From NCBI RefSeq assembly GCF_002945325.1, contig NZ_CP026606.1, forward strand, positions 420,001 to 452,000: a DNA stretch of 32,000 bases. Reading direction: 5' to 3'. Under the pieces are notes generated by a model. It was given only the letters and a program-made list of their open reading frames with translations, did not search any database and was not told the DNA's origin. The DNA is from Methanococcus maripaludis (GTDB taxonomy: Archaea > AGJL01 > Methanococci > Methanococcales > Methanococcaceae). Positions 9,996-17,829 of the stretch are shown one piece after another (the stretch's first letter is position 1; each line of letters begins with the position of its first letter). The translations under genes were made by a program, and so were the position numbers.

Positions 9996-10599
9996 TTAAA
10001 ATTACCTCGTGGTAATTCTGGTGTCCAAAAACTGGAAATCCGGTTAATTTAGCCTGTTCTACCATATGGTCATTGGAGTTTAAAAAATAGTCGATTTCAA
10101 CTGCGACTATACTTAATGGATATATCGACCTGCATTCCGCTTTTGCCTTTGCGTATTCGAGTTTCTGGTTTATTTCTTCTCGATATCTTTTTTGTAAGTC
10201 GGGATCTTCAAATGAATGAATTACAACCATCAAATCAATGTCACTGCCTTCTGTTTCTTTTTTTCTTGAAGCGGAACCAAAAAGAATCATAAAATCGATT
10301 TCTTTTGGGAAATTTTCTAAAAAATCCAATATCGGGGCTCTCACATTTCTATGTAACTTCCAAAATCGCTCATCATCGATTTCTGAAAATTTAAAAACTG
10401 TTTTTTTAGTATTTTTCAAAATGTAATATGCGTTTGATTTTTCTTTTAACTTTAAAATCTGCTTTTCAGATTCTAATTTTTTCAAAGCATTTTGAAGTGA
10501 ACTGTTTGAAAGTCCAGTGAGTTCTTTTAATTCGCTAAAATATAATTTATTTTCACTTTTTGTGTAGTATGCCCGGTATAATTTGTCTAAAGCATTCAT
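9982..10599 (-). CDS. Minimal nucleotidyltransferase (MNT) with an N-terminal winged-HTH
   Basis: Has the Pol-beta-type NTase motif LFGSASRKKETEGSDIDLMVV. The N-terminal ~60 aa look like a wHTH (FSELKELTGLSNSSLQNALKKLE). Confidence 0.85.
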   Translation of the reverse strand: MNALDKLYRAYYTKSENKLYFSELKELTGLSNSSLQNALKKLESEKQILKLKEKSNAYYILKNTKKTVFKFSEIDDERFWKLHRNVRAPILDFLENFPKEIDFMILFGSASRKKETEGSDIDLMVVIHSFEDPDLQKRYREEINQKLEYAKAKAECRSIYPLSIVAVEIDYFLNSNDHMVEQAKLTGFPVFGHQNYHEVILNVKR

Positions 10600-10633
10600 A
10601 ACTTTTGATTATATTTTTAAGTATATATAATTT

Positions 10634-10668
10634 ACCAATTTTTGGCAACATGTCACCAATTTTTGGCA
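10634..10668. promoter_or_regulatory. Two copies of ACCAATTTTTGGCA (each CCAA-N3-TTGG) spaced 21 nt; candidate operator in the MNT/SulP divergent intergenic region
   Basis: Exact 14-nt copies at 10634-10647 and 10655-10668. A TATATATA element lies at 10622-10629. Confidence 0.3.
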
Positions 10669-10830
10669 TAACACTGTCATACGGTGTAAAATTAGATATA
10701 CGATAAATTAGTCCCCCAATTAAAAATTTCGATATATTTATATACTGAAATTGCAATGCGTTATAATCTAAAAAAATAAACTTCGTATTTAATGTAAAAC
10801 GATGCGTAACTTCTGGGAGGGCACCATTAT

Positions 10831-12489
10831 ATGAAAATTAATAATAATTTAAATTATGAAAACCTGAAAAACGACTTATTTGCAGGGTTTACCATTGCAA
10901 TAGTTGCACTGCCTCTTGCAATGGCTTTTGCAATAGCTTCAGGAGTTTCACCTGAAAAAGGTTTATTTACAGCAATAATCGCAGGTCTTCTAATTTCTGT
11001 TTTCGGGGGAAGTAAATATCAAATAGGGGGGCCTACGGGAGCTTTTGTAGTAATACTTTATGGAATCATAGCTACATACGGCTATGAAGGTCTTGTAATC
11101 GCTACATTAATGGCAGGCGTTATTTTAATCGTCATGGGATTGTTAAAACTTGGAAACATTATAAAATTTATTCCATATCCTGTAACAATGGGATTTACAT
11201 CAGGAATTGCGTTAATAATTTTTTCTACGCAAGTGAAAGATTTTTTTGGACTCTCAATAACAAACGTTCCTGCAACATTTCTAGGCCAGTGGATTACGTA
11301 TGCTACAAATATTCAGTTATTAAATCCATACGCACTGTTCATTTCAATATTATCGTTAGTTATTCTTACAAAATCAAAAAAAGTATTTTCGAAAATCCCT
11401 TCTCCAATAATCGCAATAATTGTTGGAATTGTTTTAGTTTATACATTTAATTTACCTGTTGAAACGATTGAATCTAAATTTGGACAGATTCCAAACAGCA
11501 TTCCACTTCCAAGTCTTCCTGAACTGAACTTTCAAAAAATGGAACTTTTATTTCCAAGTGCACTTTCTATCGCATTTTTAGGAGCAATAGAATCATTAAT
11601 GTGCGCTGTTGTTGCAGACGGTATGACCGGATATAAACACAATTCAAATAAAGAATTGGTTGGACAAGGAATTGCAAATATTGGGTCAGTATTGTTTGGA
11701 GGAATTCCTGCAACAGGAGCACTTGCACGTACTGCAACAAATATTAAAGCTGGAGCTACATCAAGATTATCTGGAATAATCCATTCAATAATGTTATTTT
11801 TATTTATGCTTTTGTTATCACCATTAATTTTAAAAATCCCCCTTGCTACACTTTCTGCAATACTTGTAGTTGTAGCATGGAACATGGCTGAAGTAAAACA
11901 CTTTAAATCGATACTATTTAAATCCCCAAAAAGAGATAGAATCGTTTTACTCGTTACATTTCTGCTCACAATCTTCGTAAATTTAAATACGGCAATACAG
12001 ATTGGAATGCTTCTTGCAGTGATTGTATTCATGCAGCGATTAATTGAAGTTAGCGAAATTTCTAACTTAAAAACCGTTCCACAGGAAGAAGATCCATATT
12101 CAATAACTTTAAAAGATGTTCCACCATGTATTGAAGTTTACGAAATAAACGGACCGTTTTTCTTCGGAATTGCGGATAAATTTAAAAGTACATTGAACGT
12201 CGTTGCCAAAAGAAAACCTTCTGCAATAATTCTTCGTATGCGAAATGTCCCAATAATTGATTCGACGGGAATAAAAAATCTCGAAGAATTCATCGAATCG
12301 TCTAAAATTCAAAATATATCGCTGATTATTTCTGGTGCAGACTATAAATTAAGAACTAAATTTGAAAAATACGGCCTTACTGATAAAATTGGTAATGAAA
12401 ATATCTGCGAAAATATCGATTTAGCACTTGTTCGTGCAAGAGAAATAATAAAGATAAAACACCCTGAAACTGGTTTATGTCCAAAATAA
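10831..12489 (+). CDS. SulP-family anion (sulfate/bicarbonate) permease with a C-terminal STAS domain
   Basis: 552 aa with about 10-12 TM. SulP signatures are present (AGLLISVFGGSKYQIGGPTGAF, GIANIGS.LFGG.PATGA.ARTA.N) and the C-terminal ~120 aa are STAS-like. GGGAGGG lies upstream of the ATG. Confidence 0.9.
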   Translation: MKINNNLNYENLKNDLFAGFTIAIVALPLAMAFAIASGVSPEKGLFTAIIAGLLISVFGGSKYQIGGPTGAFVVILYGIIATYGYEGLVIATLMAGVILIVMGLLKLGNIIKFIPYPVTMGFTSGIALIIFSTQVKDFFGLSITNVPATFLGQWITYATNIQLLNPYALFISILSLVILTKSKKVFSKIPSPIIAIIVGIVLVYTFNLPVETIESKFGQIPNSIPLPSLPELNFQKMELLFPSALSIAFLGAIESLMCAVVADGMTGYKHNSNKELVGQGIANIGSVLFGGIPATGALARTATNIKAGATSRLSGIIHSIMLFLFMLLLSPLILKIPLATLSAILVVVAWNMAEVKHFKSILFKSPKRDRIVLLVTFLLTIFVNLNTAIQIGMLLAVIVFMQRLIEVSEISNLKTVPQEEDPYSITLKDVPPCIEVYEINGPFFFGIADKFKSTLNVVAKRKPSAIILRMRNVPIIDSTGIKNLEEFIESSKIQNISLIISGADYKLRTKFEKYGLTDKIGNENICENIDLALVRAREIIKIKHPETGLCPK

Positions 12490-12912
12490 TTCGTTTTGGA
12501 AATATAAAAAAGAAATAAAAAGTATGCCTACCGTTTAAAAAACAGTCAATGGTGCACGGCATACTTCGTGTTTCGACCGAAAAACTGGTTATGGATCTGT
12601 GACGTTTTAGGCCAATATTTATTTAAAGAACTAATGTTCCCTTAAACTCCCCAATATACCCCAGAAAAATTAATTCTGGGATAATATAAATTTTCTATGA
12701 TGTAATATATATTATTTTGGGGATTAAAGTTAATAAAAACGGAATAAAATGGATATATTTTAAAAAAATCAATAAATAGCGTTTTAATTTAAATATATTC
12801 TAAATTTGTTTAGAAGTAATGTCTCTTGAAAAACAATTAGACATATATACCTCCTAAAAAATAGAATTAAGTAAGCTATTCTGATTAAAACAAGTATTTT
12901 TTGGGGGAAGTT

Positions 12913-13134
12913 ATGTTTAAAAAATTATATTCAAAAAAAGGACAAGTTTCAATGGAAATGGGAATCTTGGTTGCGTCTGCAGTTGCAGTTGCAGCAATTG
13001 CAAGCTATTTTTATGCAGTAAATGTTAAATATTCGGATACACATGCTGGCAAAACTGCAAAAAATACAAGTGATGCCCTTATAAACGTTACAGAAAATGT
13101 TTGTGGCAACATTTCTGAAATAACTATTCCATAA
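12913..13134 (+). CDS. Class III signal peptide (archaeal type IV pilin-like) protein
   Basis: N-terminus MFKKLYSKKG/QVSMEMGIL has the KG-Q cleavage context and the QxSxExxxL motif, followed by a hydrophobic helix. I prefer the ATG at 12913 over the track TTG at 12901. Confidence 0.8.
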   Translation: MFKKLYSKKGQVSMEMGILVASAVAVAAIASYFYAVNVKYSDTHAGKTAKNTSDALINVTENVCGNISEITIP

Positions 13135-13135
13135 A

Positions 13136-13771
13136 TTATAATTTATTTAATTTTACTTTTTTACTTATTCCATGTTCATACCTTAAAACTATTCCCCTAA
13201 CTTCTAAATCACTTAAAGTTCTTGAAAGGGTTGATTTTGGAATTTTTGTTCTTTCAAACAGTTCACTCTGCGTCATTTCCCCGTGATCCATTAATATTTT
13301 TACAATTGTTTTTTCGTTTCCTTTTAAAATTTTAATAAAATTTTCCATTCTTAATTTTTCTTCGTTTTCGGTTGTTTTTAAGTCATTTCCCACTTCAAAA
13401 TTAGCGTTTGAAATTTCGTCAGTATTTCCATTAATTTTATCGTCTACCTTTGAAGACACTATTTTTCCAATATGCTCGTTTAAATCACTTAAATCTATTT
13501 TATTAACATTATTTTTCTCTGAAAGCTCTAAATCGCGAACTGTAAAGTAAATTAAAGTTGTACTTAAACATAAAGAAAATGATGCTAAAACCATTAACAT
13601 GCAATCGTAGAGAGTGTACACGTTAGGAACTTCTTGAACATACGTGGTGTCCCCTTGAACTATTACCTGAACTGTTGGCGGATATAGAAATTTAGAGGTT
13701 AATACTATCACTGAAACGATAAATATCAGCACATATATGGCTATTTTAACTTTTGAACTCATAAATTTCAC
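13136..13771 (-). CDS. Membrane-anchored winged-HTH (MarR/ArsR-like) transcriptional regulator
   Basis: Two N-terminal TM helices are followed by a C-terminal wHTH (EKTIVKILMDHGEMTQSELFERTKIPKSTLSRTLSDLEVRGIV). Confidence 0.7.
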   Translation of the reverse strand: MKFMSSKVKIAIYVLIFIVSVIVLTSKFLYPPTVQVIVQGDTTYVQEVPNVYTLYDCMLMVLASFSLCLSTTLIYFTVRDLELSEKNNVNKIDLSDLNEHIGKIVSSKVDDKINGNTDEISNANFEVGNDLKTTENEEKLRMENFIKILKGNEKTIVKILMDHGEMTQSELFERTKIPKSTLSRTLSDLEVRGIVLRYEHGISKKVKLNKL

Positions 13772-13775
13772 ACAA

Positions 13776-14501
13776 TTAGTTTACGGGCCTGCCCATTTTG
13801 AAAACTTTCCTTTCGGTAATATCCACCATTACCACGTATTTAGAACCATCTTCAATATCCAGTAGAACCATTGCATATGTTGCATTCTGGATATTTTTAT
13901 TGCTTAAATAAACCATGTCTTGAATAGTTATATTGTAATTCTTATTTTTTATAATTTGAGCTGTTTTTTGGTCATTGGATAATATTTCTCGAACTGTTTT
14001 TACATCATTATCTGTAAATCCAGTAGCTTTAATTTCTGAATATTCACCATTTTGTTCAACAACCATTGTTTTGGCCTTAAATTCAAACGTTGTGTAATTT
14101 TGTATCATATTAACTTTATTTTCTTTGACATCTACAATTACATATATTAACGTCTCATTTTTAGCTAAAAGAACTCCCTTAAAATTTTCACCATATTCTT
14201 CAAAATCTTCTTTTAATAACATGGTGCCTGGTGCAAGCCAGTAGCCCTCGGACAAATAACCTGAAACCGTTTCATTTGATACAGCAATTTCAATCGCGCG
14301 GTTTTGGTCATCACTTAAAGCAGGATTTCCTTGAGGATAAGGGTTAAATTCAGTAGTATTTGGTTTATCTTCAAAACCATGTGCAATAAATATATCATCT
14401 TCGACAAGCACTGAGTCAAACGGCTTCATTACTCCTATTGCAATCCCGATAATTGTCAGTACTAAAAATATAATTAAAATTCGTTTCATGATACCAACCA
14501 T
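13776..14501 (-). CDS. Signal-anchored extracellular protein (241 aa), function unknown
   Basis: N-terminal hydrophobic anchor (ILIIFLVLTIIGIAIGV). It ends 4 nt upstream of the regulator gene and probably shares an operon with it. Confidence 0.65.
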   Translation of the reverse strand: MVGIMKRILIIFLVLTIIGIAIGVMKPFDSVLVEDDIFIAHGFEDKPNTTEFNPYPQGNPALSDDQNRAIEIAVSNETVSGYLSEGYWLAPGTMLLKEDFEEYGENFKGVLLAKNETLIYVIVDVKENKVNMIQNYTTFEFKAKTMVVEQNGEYSEIKATGFTDNDVKTVREILSNDQKTAQIIKNKNYNITIQDMVYLSNKNIQNATYAMVLLDIEDGSKYVVMVDITERKVFKMGRPVN

Positions 14502-14841
14502 TCTTTAAGTTATCTAACAATTGTATTGTCCAAACAGTATAATTATTTGATGTGGAACGCCTGTTCCAAATAATGGAATAGTTCATTTTAATAGTATAGT
14601 ATATAAATGCCCGTTCATGATCCTTTCAAAATTTGGGAAATTTTTTTTGAAAAATTTTGAAATTATATTTTATAATTAAACATTATTAGTTTTTTTTAAT
14701 TTAAAAAGTTTAAACAATTTTTTAATTACTTTAAAGGATAATATAATACTATTTTTAAAAAATAATTCTTCAAAAGCTTTAGAATACCGTTTCATAATCT
14801 GGAATTGCTGTTTCAAAATACGTTCTTATGCTGTTCCCGAG

Positions 14842-14989
14842 TTAGGTTAGTTGAAAGTAATTGTGAGAACACTTACTTTCAAACCTAATTGTTTGGGGAT
14901 TCAATTAGGTTTATGGAATTATTAGATCCCAATAATTCCTAACTTAAAATTTACCCGAAATATAGTTTCCAAATAGTGCCCTTTGGAAA
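14842..14989 (+). promoter_or_regulatory. Structured leader: four consecutive hairpins with one mutually exclusive pairing, upstream of the 15005 gene
   Basis: H1 14851-14860/14873-14882 (10 bp). H2 14882-14890/14903-14911 (9 bp). H3 14915-14923/14931-14939 (9 bp). H4 14966-14973/14982-14989 (8 bp). ACCTAA (14883-14888) can also pair with TTAGGT (14842-14847), which extends H1 and excludes H2. Confidence 0.3.
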
Positions 14990-15004
14990 TTAAATAGGGA
15001 AAAC

Positions 15005-15463
15005 ATGAACAATGATCTGAAAAAAGTTACTGGAGCCATTCTTATGGTTATCACACTTGTCCCTTATTGTATGGCTATGGACGAACAAACTTCTGAAAAC
15101 TCCAGTGGTATATTTAATAACATATTATCATGGTTGAAGTCAGCACTTGGAACTAATAATCATCTTGAACTTGAAAAAGTTGAACTTGAAAATACGTCCA
15201 AAAATCTGTCAATGATGCCTGAACCAAATAATTCTAAAATGAATAATAGTACGCCTGAAATTATTAACAATACACCTGAAAACATAACGAATAAAACACG
15301 AAATACCCCAAATAATATGCCTGAAAATTTCAATGAATACGTGCCAGAACAGAGAAATATGTCAGGTATGCCTGAAAACGTTAATAACACGAAATACCCA
15401 CCCCAAATTCCTGAAAATTTTGAAAATAACACCCCGATTGAAATAATGCCAAATAACGAATAA
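15005..15463 (+). CDS. Secreted Asn/Pro/Glu-rich protein with degenerate xPExxNN repeats and about 12 N-glycosylation sequons
   Basis: Signal peptide (GAILMVITLVPYCMA). The mature part is low complexity (MPEPNNS, TPENITN, MPENFNE, MPENVNN, IPENFEN). Confidence 0.65.
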   Translation: MNNDLKKVTGAILMVITLVPYCMAMDEQTSENSSGIFNNILSWLKSALGTNNHLELEKVELENTSKNLSMMPEPNNSKMNNSTPEIINNTPENITNKTRNTPNNMPENFNEYVPEQRNMSGMPENVNNTKYPPQIPENFENNTPIEIMPNNE

Positions 15464-15493
15464 AAACCTTAAAAATCATGAAAGAAGTATAAG

Positions 15494-16078
15494 GTGCAGA
15501 TTGTGAGAAAAATCATACTTGGAATATTAATGGTTCTTGGACTTGTTTCAGTATCCTTTGCCGCATCAGAATTTATGGATATGGGAAAACAAGGACCCAG
15601 TATACTGTGTCCAATCGACTTCCAGAACATGACGACTGAAGAGATTCAGGATGCTCTTGAAGAACAGCTTGCTGATCTTGAAGATGAATATGCTTCTTGT
15701 GAAGACGAACAATTAAGGACTAGAATTCAGGAAAGAATCGAGATGACTCAAGGTTTGATTGATGATCCTGAAAAACTCGAAGAAATGATAACTAATATGC
15801 CTGAAGGAATGCCTGAAAGAAAAGAAAATGGTTTTAAAATCGACTTCCAGAACATGACGACTGAAGAGATTCAGGATGCTCTTGAAGAACAGCTTGCTGA
15901 TCTTGAAGATGAATATGCTTCTTGTGAAGACGAACAATTAAGGACTAGAATTCAGGAAAGAATCGAGATGACTCAAGGTTTGATTGATGATCCTGAAAAA
16001 CTCGAAGAAATGATAACTAATATGCCTGAAGGAATGCCTGAAAGAAAAGGAGAATGCCAAAAAGCTAACTTTGAATAA
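15494..16078 (+). CDS. Secreted acidic protein made of two identical 70-aa repeats
   Basis: Signal peptide (ILGILMVLGLVSVSFA). The start is either GTG 15494 or GTG 15503; the latter has GGTG 6 nt upstream. The body contains an exact internal duplication. Confidence 0.7.
   Translation: MQIVRKIILGILMVLGLVSVSFAASEFMDMGKQGPSILCPIDFQNMTTEEIQDALEEQLADLEDEYASCEDEQLRTRIQERIEMTQGLIDDPEKLEEMITNMPEGMPERKENGFKIDFQNMTTEEIQDALEEQLADLEDEYASCEDEQLRTRIQERIEMTQGLIDDPEKLEEMITNMPEGMPERKGECQKANFE
15613..16049 (+). repeat. Exact 212-nt direct repeat (15613-15824 and 15838-16049, period 225 nt) inside the CDS
   Basis: The two copies read identically base for base and are separated by 13 nt. The duplication is in frame (75 codons). 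Confidence 0.95.
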
Positions 16079-16145
16079 CTAACACCCCCAAAACGAAACT
16101 AAAATAATATCCATATCTTTTAATTTTTTAAAAAGCGTGATAAAA

Positions 16146-16268
16146 ATGATTAGATTACTGCTCCCCCTGATAATGGTATTCTTAATCATATTTGGAATGA
16201 TTTCATTAGTCAATTTAAAAAAAGAATCTAAAAATATGATTAGTCGTATGGAAAAAATTTCCAAGTGA
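16146..16268 (+). CDS. Possible 40-aa single-TM micro-protein upstream of the ABC ATPase
   Basis: ATG 16146 to TGA 16266-16268 encodes MIRLLLPLIMVFLIIFGMISLVNLKKESKNMISRMEKISK. It is below the ORF-track cutoff, on the same strand as its neighbours, and stops 4 nt before the next ATG. Confidence 0.3.
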   Translation: MIRLLLPLIMVFLIIFGMISLVNLKKESKNMISRMEKISK

Positions 16269-16272
16269 AAAT

Positions 16273-16977
16273 ATGTACAAAATTATAAGCCTTGAAGATG
16301 TTTGGAAAATCTACCAGATGGGCGAAGTTGAGGTTCAGGCCCTGAAAGGAGTTTCTCTTGATGTAAATAAAGGTGATTTCGTCGCAATTGTTGGATCATC
16401 AGGTTCTGGAAAATCGACCATGATGAATATGATAGGATGCCTTGATGTGCCAACAAAAGGCGACGTTTACCTTAAATCTAAAAATATTTCGAATATGACT
16501 GAATCTGAACTATCTGAACTTCGTGGAAAAACCATTGGGTTTGTATTTCAGCAGTATAATTTAATTCCAAACATGACAGCACTTGAAAATGTGCTTTTAC
16601 CATTACAAATACAGGAAGTAAATGATTCTACTGCAGAAAGATCTGCAGAACGAGCATTAAAACAGGTTGGCCTTGAAGACAGGATGAACAACAAACCATC
16701 ACAGCTTTCAGGAGGTCAGCAACAGCGAGTATCAATTGCAAGAGCGTTAGCATGTGACCCTGAAATAATTCTTGCAGATGAACCTACAGGAGCGCTCGAC
16801 AGTGCGACAGGTAAAGAAATTATAAATTTATTCACTGCCCTCTGGGAAAGTGGAAAAACAATTATTATGATTACACACGATCAAAAACTTGCAAAATACG
16901 CAAAAACGATTGTTGAATTAAAAGACGGAAAAATTATAAATATAATTGATAACAAGCCGAATGCGGTTCATGAGTGA
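16273..16977 (+). CDS. ABC transporter ATP-binding protein (MacB/LolD/FtsE-like subfamily)
   Basis: Walker A GSSGSGKST, Q-loop, signature LSGGQQQRVSIARAL, Walker B ILADEPTGALD and H-loop ITHD. Confidence 0.9.
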   Translation: MYKIISLEDVWKIYQMGEVEVQALKGVSLDVNKGDFVAIVGSSGSGKSTMMNMIGCLDVPTKGDVYLKSKNISNMTESELSELRGKTIGFVFQQYNLIPNMTALENVLLPLQIQEVNDSTAERSAERALKQVGLEDRMNNKPSQLSGGQQQRVSIARALACDPEIILADEPTGALDSATGKEIINLFTALWESGKTIIMITHDQKLAKYAKTIVELKDGKIINIIDNKPNAVHE

Positions 16978-16978
16978 T

Positions 16979-17710
16979 ATGATGTATAAAAAGTCCTTAA
17001 AAATAGGATCCGTAATGTTAATAATGTTATTCTCAATTATGGGAAATTATGCATACACATTTTACGAAGATGTCGATGATTATGTTATTGATATATTGCT
17101 CGATTCTGCAGCAATGGGTTGGAATACGATTGAAAGAGAGGGAATTTCCTTTAAACACCCTTCAAGATTTGTGCTAATTGGAAGTATGAATCCAGAAGAA
17201 GGTGAGTTAAGACCCCAGTTACTTGATAGATTCGGACTTTACGTGGAAATAGAATCCCTCTTTGAAGCAGATGACAGGCTTGAGGTTTTAAAAAGAGTCG
17301 AAAAATTCCAAAAAGACCCATTTTCATTTTATGAAACGTATGCGTCAATCGAAGAAAATTTAACAGAATCGATAAAACTTGCGAAAAAAATTCTGAATGA
17401 TGTAACAATTTCAGAAGAACTATTAAAAATGTTAATTGATTCCATAATTCATTTAGGGATAAAAACGCATCGTGCAGAAATAACCACGATAAAAACTGCG
17501 AAAACCATTGCAGCACTTGATGGACGTATGGAAGTTAGTTTGGAGGATTTAAAAACAGCAATGGATCTTGCACTCATCCACAGATTATCTAATCCAAACA
17601 GTAATCCGCCATCACAGTCCATGGAAAATGAAAATAACGAAGAAATGGAAGACGAATCTAAAAAAAAACGGAAACAGATCCGCCAACTAGTCCCCCATCA
17701 CCACCATTAG
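16979..17710 (+). pseudogene. Chimeric ORF: a ~28-aa signal-anchor-like N-terminus joined to the C-terminal two-thirds of a ChlI/ChlD-type AAA+ module (no Walker A); likely a gene remnant
   Basis: MMYKKSLKIGSVMLIMLFSIMGNYAYTF is followed by YEDVDDYVIDILLDSAAMGWNTIEREGISFKHPSRFVLIGSMNPEEGELRPQLLDRFGL and ...ALIHR. These match the post-Walker-B, arginine-finger and sensor-II regions of Mg-chelatase ChlI/BchI-like ATPases. The ORF ends out of frame in LVPHHHH. Confidence 0.6.
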
Positions 17711-17829
17711 ATGAAAAAGATAACAATGATGGAAATAAAACGGATTTCGAAGAAAAAAACCACAACTTTAAAGAATTAAATTTCAAAACTGAAAATTTTG
17801 ATAAAAAAATAATTTCCAAAAATTCTGAA

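Noticed and set aside
12521-12565. 8-bp stem (AGTATGCC/GGCATACT) in a slightly G+C-richer patch downstream of the SulP gene, possible ncRNA; also the 61-aa minus ORF 12377-12562
   Set aside because: It is a single stem with a 29-nt loop and no further supporting structure or termination signal. The ORF overlaps the SulP 3' end and looks spurious. It may simply be a transcript-end hairpin.
15613-16049. Possible CRISPR array (also considered for 28455-28652)
   Set aside because: The first is two long identical copies inside a CDS with only a 13-nt gap. The second is a 4-nt microsatellite. Neither has the 25-40 nt repeat and unique-spacer organisation, and no cas genes are present.
16079-16264. 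61-aa minus-strand ORF between the secreted-protein gene and the ABC ATPase
   Set aside because: It lies opposite to all neighbours and has no SD. Its product is typical antisense-like I/F/L-rich sequence. A small + strand TM ORF explains the open frame better.
17696-17710. C-terminal HHHH run (LVPHHHH) that looks like an engineered His-tag
   Set aside because: It is the Pro-rich linker (CCC CCA TCA CCA CCA) read in the wrong frame after the A9 run. It is too short for a tag and is not followed by vector-like sequence.
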